Of a stretch of 36,909 nucleotides of DNA, positions 18,685-26,080 are shown in pieces. Position numbers and translations under genes: made by a program. Numbering within the stretch: position 1 is the stretch's first letter; each line of letters starts with the position of its first letter. The notes beneath the pieces were generated by a model that saw only the letters and a program-made list of their open reading frames with translations, was not told the origin of the DNA and did not search any database. Origin of the DNA: a virus. The DNA lies in the IMG/VR virus record IMGVR_UViG_3300045988_177880, positions 1 to 36,909 of that record, one strand, 5' to 3'.

Positions 18685-18738
18685 CCTCTTCAAAGTATTT
18701 AGCTTAAACGTGTAAAAATATGCCTTATTTCGAGGTCG

Positions 18739-19104
18739 CTATTCCTCGGCTTCACGCTCGGATTGAGGCAAGCTGTCTACATCCTCGTCGGTCACGGCTA
18801 CCATAGACCACTCAAGTCCGCGGTAGTTGTTGACGCTCAGGCGATAGCCGAGGTACGACATCACGATAGCAACCTCGGAGGTTGAGAATGCGCAGATGTC
18901 CTCCATAGCGCCGATAATTTCGGCCGAGGTCATATTGTCGCCACGTGCCGCACGTTCGTCAGCAGGGCGGAAGTCGGCGAGGAACATTGCCAGCACCGGT
19001 GCGGTGGGTGGCATAGACGGCCAGCCTGTATCCTGTGACCGGATGAGTTGTAGACGGTTGAGGTATTTATTCTCGGAGGATATGATTGTTTCGATTTTAT
19101 TCAT
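18739..19104 (-). CDS. Hypothetical acidic protein
   Basis: 121 aa from MNKIETII. It overlaps the upstream gene's stop by 8 nt. The longer 268-aa ORF is an out-of-frame shadow of 19097-19558. Confidence 0.5.
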   Translation of the reverse strand: MNKIETIISSENKYLNRLQLIRSQDTGWPSMPPTAPVLAMFLADFRPADERAARGDNMTSAEIIGAMEDICAFSTSEVAIVMSYLGYRLSVNNYRGLEWSMVAVTDEDVDSLPQSEREAEE

Positions 19105-19558
19105 GGTTGTTGGTGTTTTTAGCGTTGATTTTTGAGGTTTCGGGTCTCGTAAGTGCTGTGGCTTTGGCAGCGGCGATGCACTCGGCACGCGTGCGCGCGC
19201 CTCCTTCCTGTGTGTAGTCGATTTCGACCGGCGACAAGTAGAGCACAAACGGCCTCCGATCGTCCGGATTCCGGACAGACGCAGACATCCAGATCTGCGG
19301 CGTTTCATTGCGCCCCGATAGGCGTCCATAACCGCAACTGTACGGCATAAACCCGTGCGAATGAATATGCAGCGGCTTAAAGCGCGGATGCTTACCGAGG
19401 ATGGCCGCAGACCACTCGTTGAGGGAGGTGAAAATCTCGGGGAGCTGGTCTTCGGACAGTAGCGTGCAATTGTATTTCGCATACACGCAGGCGCAAATCC
19501 GGCGTCCGAGTTCGGTTGTTGATGAGAGCTGAAGGACGGTGGCATAGAATTTTTTCAT
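19097..19558 (-). CDS. Hypothetical protein
   Basis: 153-aa ORF. It overlaps the upstream gene by 4 nt. Confidence 0.55.
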   Translation of the reverse strand: MKKFYATVLQLSSTTELGRRICACVYAKYNCTLLSEDQLPEIFTSLNEWSAAILGKHPRFKPLHIHSHGFMPYSCGYGRLSGRNETPQIWMSASVRNPDDRRPFVLYLSPVEIDYTQEGGARTRAECIAAAKATALTRPETSKINAKNTNNHE

Positions 19559-19932
19559 CGCGCACCTCCTTTCTCGTCTGCCGGGCGGTCGGAGTTATGG
19601 CGGACGGCGAATACGATTGCCCAGAGCATTAGCGCGAGGACATCGAAGCCGACAGCGGCTTGAGCTTCCACGGCGTCAGTGATGACGATGCTGTGGTATG
19701 CAGCGATGGTCAGAACGGCAATGGTGACGACCAATGTCGCCACATCCGAGAATGCGGCGCGCAGCGTACGGCGCAGCACTGAGGCAATGAGGCGGCGCAC
19801 GTCCGGGCGGCGGCGCTGTGCAAAGGGTGAATAACGATGTGTAAGGTCCAATGACCGTAGGATGACGACTTGACGGCGTCGTCGGGCCGGGCGTGTGGCA
19901 CGCCCAAGGGTTTTGATTGTGATTGTGTTCAT
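19555..19932 (-). CDS. Small membrane protein (Arg-rich N-terminus, two hydrophobic helices)
   Basis: 125 aa. RATRPARRRRQ is followed by VATLVVTIAVLTIAAY and FDVLALMLWAIVFAV. Confidence 0.55.
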   Translation of the reverse strand: MNTITIKTLGRATRPARRRRQVVILRSLDLTHRYSPFAQRRRPDVRRLIASVLRRTLRAAFSDVATLVVTIAVLTIAAYHSIVITDAVEAQAAVGFDVLALMLWAIVFAVRHNSDRPADEKGGAR

Positions 19933-19939
19933 AATGCCT

Positions 19940-20010
19940 GTCCCGGAGGGACGTATTAAATGTTCGGAAAGGTAGCCGTAAGGCTACGTTGTAGGGCATA
20001 AAAAATGCCC
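19940..20010 (-). promoter_or_regulatory. Structured 5' leader with three short hairpins
   Basis: GTCCC-GGA-GGGAC (19940-19952, next to the start codon). GTAGCC-GTAA-GGCTAC (19972-19987). GGGCAT-A5-ATGCCC (19994-20010). All lie between the promoter at 20080-20110 and the ATG at 19932. Confidence 0.55.
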
Positions 20011-20079
20011 GAAAAGTCTATGTCGAGCGTCTATACCTCGCTCCAGGTGACAGGCAGACTGTCGTGATAGTTAGCACCG

Positions 20080-20110
20080 CAAATATACTATCATTTTGGC
20101 AGTGCACAAA
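20080..20110 (-). promoter_or_regulatory. Bacteroidota-type promoter (TTTG-N19-TATATTTG)
   Basis: On the minus strand: TTTG (20110-20107), a 19-nt spacer, then TATATTTG (20087-20080). Confidence 0.7.
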
Positions 20111-20130
20111 AACATTAACAGACTTTAACC

Positions 20131-20601
20131 TTACTTGCGTCGCACGGCCATGCCTGTGACGGTGTAGCCGATGACGGTCCACTTGCCATTGACTTCATCC
20201 ATGATATTGTTGACCCTCAAACAGATTATAGCGTCTCCGCCATTGGCTAACGCCTTGCGAGATGCCTCCTCAAGTGTCGTTGTGACATCTGCATATTTGT
20301 AGTCGCCGAGTTTGTACTTGACATGTTTTGTGTCGCGATAGCTATACTCTGCAATCGGGTCATATTTCGATACGATTGTGGAGTCAAGCACTTCGTATCC
20401 GTCGCGGCACTCGGCATACACCGATCCTACTGCGTCATAGTCCCAGGCGACAGACGTAGCCTCGGTAAGCAAGACCTTGCCGTTAAGCCCTCCTTTGTAA
20501 TAGTCAATGACTGTGGAGTACTGGATGTATGGGTCCTTCGTTCTGCACGCTGCCAGCGTCAGAACCGCACAAACGATTAATAATACTTTGGTTGTTTTCA
20601 T
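20131..20601 (-). CDS. Lipoprotein with a YbjQ/UPF0145-like C-terminal segment
   Basis: MKTTKVLLIVCAVLTLAAC is a signal peptide plus LAAC lipobox. The C-terminal ANGGDAIICLRVNN...GYTVTGMAVRRK resembles YbjQ-family sequences. Confidence 0.7.
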   Translation of the reverse strand: MKTTKVLLIVCAVLTLAACRTKDPYIQYSTVIDYYKGGLNGKVLLTEATSVAWDYDAVGSVYAECRDGYEVLDSTIVSKYDPIAEYSYRDTKHVKYKLGDYKYADVTTTLEEASRKALANGGDAIICLRVNNIMDEVNGKWTVIGYTVTGMAVRRK

Positions 20602-20720
20602 TTCATTACCGTTTAGGTTAATAAGATTGGGTATCTAATATAGGATTATGGTGATTAGATGTTGACTCGTGAATACAAGGATTGGGGATGCGAGCGCTTA
20701 AATGTCAAAATTGAGTTTCA

Positions 20721-21281
20721 TTATTCAGTCAATTCCGGGTGTGACCAAGCAAGAGATAGCCCATTGGCGACCAACCATTCGGCAATGGTCATGTGTTTAA
20801 TCCCCAAAATATCACAAATGGCCGGAATTTTCTTGAACAATTTGCCGTCATTGCTAAGCATCGTTTCTTCGGTAATGACGACCGGTATCTTGTCCATATT
20901 GTTTAATGCGTAAAATATTAGCTTGGCATCCCCGGTCTTCATATACTGGTCCTTCAGCAAGCTATATTCGTTAGCCGGCAATATATTCCTTTGGGCTGTG
21001 ACACATAAATTATTGTCTAATTGGTTGCTGAATTTCTTTGGGGCAGGAGGCATAAGGTCGGCATCATTAATGTGCAAATTTCGGTCATTCAAAAAATCCA
21101 TAAGATTAAGAGCCAAGCCTTTTTGCGTTCGGGAGGCTTCAAGATGGATTGATTTAAGAAGAACAAGTTCTCCTTTTCGGAATTTGGACTCGATGAAACG
21201 CAACAACTTTACCTCATCCTTAATCGGAAGGTAGTAGCGAGCAATTGCTATTAATGAGCTAGTGTCGATTACCCCAATCAT
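20721..21281 (-). CDS. DUF4411-like PIN-like nuclease domain protein
   Basis: 186 aa. N-terminal VIDTSSLIAIARYY, central GDAKLIFYAL...VVITEET and C-terminal KKIPAICDILGIKHMTIAEWL follow the DUF4411 pattern as I recall it. ATGA start/stop overlap with the upstream peptidase gene. Confidence 0.7.
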   Translation of the reverse strand: MIGVIDTSSLIAIARYYLPIKDEVKLLRFIESKFRKGELVLLKSIHLEASRTQKGLALNLMDFLNDRNLHINDADLMPPAPKKFSNQLDNNLCVTAQRNILPANEYSLLKDQYMKTGDAKLIFYALNNMDKIPVVITEETMLSNDGKLFKKIPAICDILGIKHMTIAEWLVANGLSLAWSHPELTE

Positions 21282-22420
21282 AAAAACCTGTCTATATCTT
21301 TAGGGGATATTCTCAACTGCTCACAGAATGAAGATTCCGAAACCAAACCATTATAAAACGCATACTGCATCGTTTCCAAATATAGAGGTGAAACAATTGG
21401 CTTAGGTGCTCTTGCGTTGGATGCCTTGCGTTTTTGCTCTTCCTTTTCCTTCTTAAGTTTTTCAGCCTGCTCTTCTTCCAATTTATGAATGATTCCACGG
21501 TAATACGGCATCGGTACAATTTTATTGTATGCCAGTCGTGTATACCACGCCATTCTGCTTATATGTGTAGATTCGGATAGTTTGTCTATGGCGAAGTTGA
21601 CGTCTTCAGAATAGGTTTTGTATTTATCCAGCTCGTTTACTGCGTCTCCGGCGATAAGATAAAACGCAAAGTCATTGCACCACCGCTCGACTCGGTTAGA
21701 TATGCGATTCCTTTCTACCTTAGACATATCCAAAGCCTCTACGTCCTCGATACCCAATAGATAATGCCCAATCTCATGCGCAAGAGTAAAGATCTCACGC
21801 TTATACGACTTTTGGCGCTTTAATACGATGACATTCGGCTCCAGATAAAACCCGTCAATGGTCGCTTTTTCCCGTTTATTCCAGGTTTCTACAAACTCGA
21901 AGACATAAACATTTATCTCTGCAAGATTTGCAATCATCGCTTTCAAGAACTGGCGATGCTCTTGAATATTCTTTCTCGGAATGAGTATATTCCTAACTTG
22001 CGTTGCAACGTTCTTAGGATTATGCTCAATTGTAAAGGACCTATGCAACGGATACTCGGACGATAGGGTCTCGGTTAGGATGCGATACCCGTCTAACAGT
22101 CCTTTGAGAGACTCAAAGGAATCGACAAGCCGCTTATCTTCCATAGTGAGTACGGACTGAAATCTTGATTTTCTAAAAAACACTTTCGTTTTTTGCTCTA
22201 TGGGTAATGGTGTAAAGTCCAGATAGAACGATAACCCCTTATGAAATATCTCGTCGATTCTCTTTAAAAGAGAGACCTTAATCTCCTCTCCGTAGATATT
22301 CTCAAGTAATATCGGCTTCTTCCGCCCATCATTAAGAGATGACAACAATTCTTCCTTACTCATGCCAAAAAGCGTAAGTAAATAATCCAGTCTATCTTTA
22401 TTGTATTGAATTGTTGTCAT
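21278..22420 (-). CDS. HTH-ImmA/IrrE family (COG2856, Peptidase_M78) Zn-metallopeptidase
   Basis: The HEXXH motif LAHEIGHYLL is encoded at 21764-21778. There is an XRE-like N-terminus (DYLLTLFGMSKEELLSSLN) and a K/E-rich coiled coil near the C-terminus. I preferred the start at MTTIQY (22420) because a -7 box lies at 22456-22463. The ORF is open to 22510. Confidence 0.85.
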   Translation of the reverse strand: MTTIQYNKDRLDYLLTLFGMSKEELLSSLNDGRKKPILLENIYGEEIKVSLLKRIDEIFHKGLSFYLDFTPLPIEQKTKVFFRKSRFQSVLTMEDKRLVDSFESLKGLLDGYRILTETLSSEYPLHRSFTIEHNPKNVATQVRNILIPRKNIQEHRQFLKAMIANLAEINVYVFEFVETWNKREKATIDGFYLEPNVIVLKRQKSYKREIFTLAHEIGHYLLGIEDVEALDMSKVERNRISNRVERWCNDFAFYLIAGDAVNELDKYKTYSEDVNFAIDKLSESTHISRMAWYTRLAYNKIVPMPYYRGIIHKLEEEQAEKLKKEKEEQKRKASNARAPKPIVSPLYLETMQYAFYNGLVSESSFCEQLRISPKDIDRFL

Positions 22421-22455
22421 CTCAGCTCTTCCTATTGAGGTTTCTATAAGCCCTG

Positions 22456-22463
22456 CAAAGTTA
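22456..22463 (-). promoter_or_regulatory. -7 box TAACTTTG for the peptidase/nuclease cassette
   Basis: TAnnTTTG on the minus strand, 36 nt upstream of the ATG at 22420. Confidence 0.45.
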
Positions 22464-22569
22464 ATCATAATAATTGACATAAGCCGCTTATTCATCAACT
22501 GATAAAGCAATTTTAAGCCTATGTGTCTTAAAAATAGCGGTTTGTGATGTTTTGCGTGCCGCGCGCATC

Positions 22570-22604
22570 ATAAAAATGCCGGGCGTCACTCACGCGAGAC
22601 CCGG
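22570..22604 (-). terminator. Intrinsic terminator insulating the cassette from the packaging operon
   Basis: On the minus strand: GCCGGG-16 nt-CCCGGC followed by AUUUUUAUGAUG. Confidence 0.6.
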
Positions 22605-23003
22605 CTTTCGAATAATCATAAATCTATTAGAAACCCAATGAAAAAAAACAAACAAATGAAGTCGTATCACTATTCTCTTTGCTGCACAGCAAAGGTACAA
22701 AAACATCTTTATTATCTATTAAAAATAATAGATGAATTAACACAAAATTCGGCGATACAATATTTTATACTTGCTTTAATTCTCGAAAAACCGTTGATGT
22801 GGCACACGGCAACGGGCATCCGCCGCCAAAAGGTTTGACAAATAACCTTTTAGCGGCTCGGCGAGGCGGCGGCACGCCGCTCGTCACGAATGTGACCCCC
22901 CACCGCCCTACGCTTGACCGCCTTTACCGTCCTCCGAAATAGCGGTATATGTAGGCGGTAATGGCACGCTGCCCGGTCGTCAGACCGCACGCGCACGAAC
23001 ATA

Positions 23004-23041
23004 GTCAGAGCATTTTCCCGACGCCGGGAAAATGCTCTGAC
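23004..23041 (-). terminator. Perfect 17-bp hairpin 38 nt downstream of terL
   Basis: GTCAGAGCATTTTCCCG-ACGC-CGGGAAAATGCTCTGAC. There is no U-tract, so it could be a terminator, an RNA-stability element or a protein-binding palindrome. Confidence 0.5.
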
Positions 23042-23078
23042 TGCTTGGTACTAATGGTTAGTGCGACCGACGTACAAG

Positions 23079-24704
23079 TCAGAAGGACGACGTCACGGCA
23101 TACACCAAGGATGTCTGCGGATGGCTCTCGCATCCGATGCACAAGGTGTCAAAAGCGTCCGAACCATCGGTGCGGCTCTCCAATTTATTCTCCTCGGTCT
23201 CGGCCAACTTTTCACCGCGCTTGTCTTTGCCGCCGTTGTATATGCCGGCGGTCTGTATCGATATAAGCAAGTCCTCGTTGTTCTCACGATTAATCATCGG
23301 CACAAGGTGTGCCTTGCCTGCGAACATACGATTGATGAGAAGGTGCTTGAGTATCTGACGCATCGGCACGCCGATGTCCACCTCCGTCACCATCCACCCA
23401 CGCGAGCGGAAGGCGTTGACAATGACCGTGGCGAAGCACAGGTTATCCACCGCATATGACCCTTGCTTGGCCGTGGCATCATAGTAAAACACGACACGGC
23501 GGTTGCGATGGTGGCGGTAGTACTTGCAGAAGTCTTCCACCAGTTCGTTGAGCTTACGCTCGTACTTGACATAGAATGACTTCAGCACCAACAACTTCCT
23601 GCCGCGAGGCTGTCCGGCCACAAGCCAGTTGATGTTGGCGTTGTAGTCAAAGGCTATGCATATCGGTTGGTCGGCATCCACGTCCGCATCCATAAGCGAT
23701 GACGGCTCTTTAATCTTGTCAAAGTCATACTCAAGGCTGTCGAGGTGACCGAAGTTAGTGGCCGAGTATTTATGGCCTTCCGTCATTGACGAATAGAATC
23801 CGTCACGCGCTATGCCGATACGCTTGCACAGCACAGACGCCTGGAATGTCAGCGGAGGCAGGTCGCGGTTGAGCTGGCGAATAAAAGCCTCGCCAAGCAC
23901 CACCATATTGTCGATGGTGGACACTTCGCGGTAGTCTAATGCCACCGAACGCAGTCGGCACAGAGTGCGGTGCATGTTGAGCAGCGTCGAGCGCATCCGC
24001 GCCGATGGCGCAATCCCGGCAGCGGCCAGTTCTCGCACCTTACTCTCGAAGTGGTGTATCTCGGCCACGAGGCCGCGAATCGCATCAATCAGATCCGGAT
24101 CGCACTTCTTGTCGTACTCCAAAAACCACGAGCCTTTCTTGGTCACCGGCATATCGGAGGTAATAAGTGTCGAATGGTGGAAGAAGTGTTTACCGAAGTA
24201 TTGACGGTTGCCACGCAATGCAGGTAGCGTTTCGTCTTTGAGCTGTTCGAAGTCGATAAACTTCGCCTCGTCAATATCCAGCGCATCATACGACTGCGAA
24301 TTGGATGTACCAGTGCGGTCTTGCGAGATGATGAAGCCGACGCTACCATTATAGAACGACAATACGTTCTCGTAGTTTTGGATGGGGAATATCGGCTGCT
24401 TCCATCCCCAGGCTTTCGGGGGCTTAATGCCGATGCACCAATGGACGTTGCGCATCAACCCCCAGCGTTCCCAATGCACCAACATTGACGGAAGGGTGTT
24501 GGTGAGTGCACGCTTGATGTTGGCCGAGACAAAGCCGGTGACCGACCCCGGCATACGCTCGAAGTTGCGACGATTCCAGAGCGCGTGTACCATACCTTTG
24601 CCAAAGGCACGGCCTGCAACGAGTACGGTGTCGCGTGCTTGCACAACCGTCATCAGGTCGCGCTGAACGTCATTGAGGTATACTTGCTGAGTCTGCGTAT
24701 CCAT
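23079..24704 (-). CDS. terL: Terminase large subunit
   Basis: 541 aa from MDTQTQQ. Walker A-like VLVAGRAFGKG and Walker B-like YDALDIDEA are present, and the C-terminal nuclease-sized half contains ICIAFDYN. The ORF extension to 24941 overlaps the upstream gene. Confidence 0.82.
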   Translation of the reverse strand: MDTQTQQVYLNDVQRDLMTVVQARDTVLVAGRAFGKGMVHALWNRRNFERMPGSVTGFVSANIKRALTNTLPSMLVHWERWGLMRNVHWCIGIKPPKAWGWKQPIFPIQNYENVLSFYNGSVGFIISQDRTGTSNSQSYDALDIDEAKFIDFEQLKDETLPALRGNRQYFGKHFFHHSTLITSDMPVTKKGSWFLEYDKKCDPDLIDAIRGLVAEIHHFESKVRELAAAGIAPSARMRSTLLNMHRTLCRLRSVALDYREVSTIDNMVVLGEAFIRQLNRDLPPLTFQASVLCKRIGIARDGFYSSMTEGHKYSATNFGHLDSLEYDFDKIKEPSSLMDADVDADQPICIAFDYNANINWLVAGQPRGRKLLVLKSFYVKYERKLNELVEDFCKYYRHHRNRRVVFYYDATAKQGSYAVDNLCFATVIVNAFRSRGWMVTEVDIGVPMRQILKHLLINRMFAGKAHLVPMINRENNEDLLISIQTAGIYNGGKDKRGEKLAETEENKLESRTDGSDAFDTLCIGCESHPQTSLVYAVTSSF

Positions 24705-25308
24705 TCCCAATTGGTTTAAACAAATCGTCCAGACGTGCATCGATGTCCTCGTAATCGACATCCTCCGTCTGGTCCATCGTGTAATACTTTTCCTTGAGAG
24801 CCTTGATTTTTTCGCGGAAGTGCGGCATACGCTTAATGCCGATGACTTCCGGATCATCAGTGAAGGACAATACGAGAGGCACGACCTTTGACAGGATGCT
24901 CTCGCGAGCGTCCTCCTTGTCCAGCTGCGTATATTTGGCATACTGCGATGCAGCAGCTACCATATCGCGAGTATTGTTAGCCGCGTCCGCTTTGGCGTAT
25001 GCGCGGTTTATCATCTCCAAAAAGCGATAACGGTGGTAATCCTTGCTTTGGCGCTGGTAGTCGCCCAATAGCTCCTTGATAATCCGCAGGTCTTCGCGCG
25101 CCACCGATTCAACCACACCATACCGCTGACGTATCTCGGCAACAATATCGCGGTCACGTTTGCTCGGAAAGTTTAGCCAATGGTTGTACATATCGCGCAA
25201 ACGCACAACATGGTTTATCGTGATGTCGTTAAGCCCGGCCTTGACCATCTTGTCACGGTCGGAGAAGAGATGCCGCTGCGCGACTTCGTTGATTGCTGGT
25301 AGTGGCAT
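24670..25308 (-). CDS. Possible terminase small subunit (by position only)
   Basis: 212-aa ORF immediately upstream of terL, overlapping it. No motif recognised. Confidence 0.35.
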   Translation of the reverse strand: MPLPAINEVAQRHLFSDRDKMVKAGLNDITINHVVRLRDMYNHWLNFPSKRDRDIVAEIRQRYGVVESVAREDLRIIKELLGDYQRQSKDYHRYRFLEMINRAYAKADAANNTRDMVAAASQYAKYTQLDKEDARESILSKVVPLVLSFTDDPEVIGIKRMPHFREKIKALKEKYYTMDQTEDVDYEDIDARLDDLFKPIGNGYADSASIPQ

Positions 25309-25319
25309 AGTCGAGTGTT

Positions 25320-25601
25320 TTAAAAATCCTCATCGGCAGTCATTTCGCGGAGATACGTTCCGGTGAGCTGCACCGCGAATGGCGAGCCGACACGTGCAAA
25401 ATCAATCTCTTGCCGACGCAACATCAGCGCCGTTTCCGCCTTAGCTTTGAGATATGCCGCACGCAGCGGAGACAGGAGGTCGGACAACTCAGCCTTGAGT
25501 ATATCGGTAGGAATGCCAAGTAAAGCGGCTATGTCTGACGGCGGAGTGAGTGCAGCAGCCAGTTCGGCCACGCGATCGATTGTTTCTTTATTCAAGTCCA
25601 T
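25320..25601 (-). CDS. Small HTH protein (terminase-small-subunit-like N-terminal HTH, or another DNA binder)
   Basis: 93 aa. PSDIAALLGIPTDILKAEL is an HTH-like segment. Confidence 0.4.
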   Translation of the reverse strand: MDLNKETIDRVAELAAALTPPSDIAALLGIPTDILKAELSDLLSPLRAAYLKAKAETALMLRRQEIDFARVGSPFAVQLTGTYLREMTADEDF

Positions 25602-26080
25602 GTCAATACCTTGGATTCGTTGCGTAATATTGTCAGCCCGTCCTTGAGCAGAGATACAGTGCGATAGTCAGTCGTAATAATGCCTGCCTCGAAACGGTCT
25701 CCGCGTGTTTGATTCTGAGACGTGACTATAGCCACGTCCACAACTGGCGCATCCAGAATGACGACCTTGCTATGGTTCTGTGCAAGTATGACCTCGTCGC
25801 AGACGCTGTGCATAAGGCTGTCCAATGACGATGTTTTGCGTGCCGCACGCATATCACAGACGAGCGAGCACCACAATATCCGTCCTGATGAACGAGCGCG
25901 ATGTAACCACCTCAGGAATTGCTCGGACACCGAGAATGTGGATATGGACATACCGGCCGGGCCTATTTGGTCGAGCACCCAGTCAATATAGTCTGATAGC
26001 TGTGCGGTTCTGCCGAAGTACGGTTGTACCGCGCAGCTCGCCAAAGAAGCCAGTCCGGTCAATGCTGCGCAGGACATCAC
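25592..26080 (-). CDS. Single-HKD phospholipase D-family (Nuc-like) nuclease
   Basis: 162 aa. NHSKVVILD...VAIVTSQNQT...FEAGIIT fits HxK-x4-D...(G/T)SxN...E of the PLD/HKD fold. The upstream GMSISTFSVSEQFLRWLHRARSSGRILWCSLVCD matches the N-terminal half of the fold. The N-terminus (MMSCAALTGLASLASCA) looks like a signal peptide or lipobox. Confidence 0.55.
   Translation of the reverse strand: MMSCAALTGLASLASCAVQPYFGRTAQLSDYIDWVLDQIGPAGMSISTFSVSEQFLRWLHRARSSGRILWCSLVCDMRAARKTSSLDSLMHSVCDEVILAQNHSKVVILDAPVVDVAIVTSQNQTRGDRFEAGIITTDYRTVSLLKDGLTILRNESKVLTWT

Noticed and set aside
19105-19545. N-terminal extension of ORF 18739-19545 (268 aa)
   Set aside because: The extension overlaps 19097-19558 out of frame and is Arg/Ser/Pro-rich. 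The internal start MNKIETII at 19104 gives a standard 8-nt overlap with the upstream stop.
22638-22838. 66-aa plus-strand ORF in the AT-rich gap (MKKNKQMKSYHY...)
   Set aside because: It has low complexity, an AT-driven Lys/Leu/Ile/Tyr composition and no upstream promoter match. Possible but unsupported.
24705-24941. N-terminal extensions of terL (to 24941), of 14305-15237, of 15053-16027 and of 21278-22510
   Set aside because: Each extension lies inside the preceding gene or over a -7 promoter box. Internal Met codons give the compact overlaps or gaps seen elsewhere in the operons.
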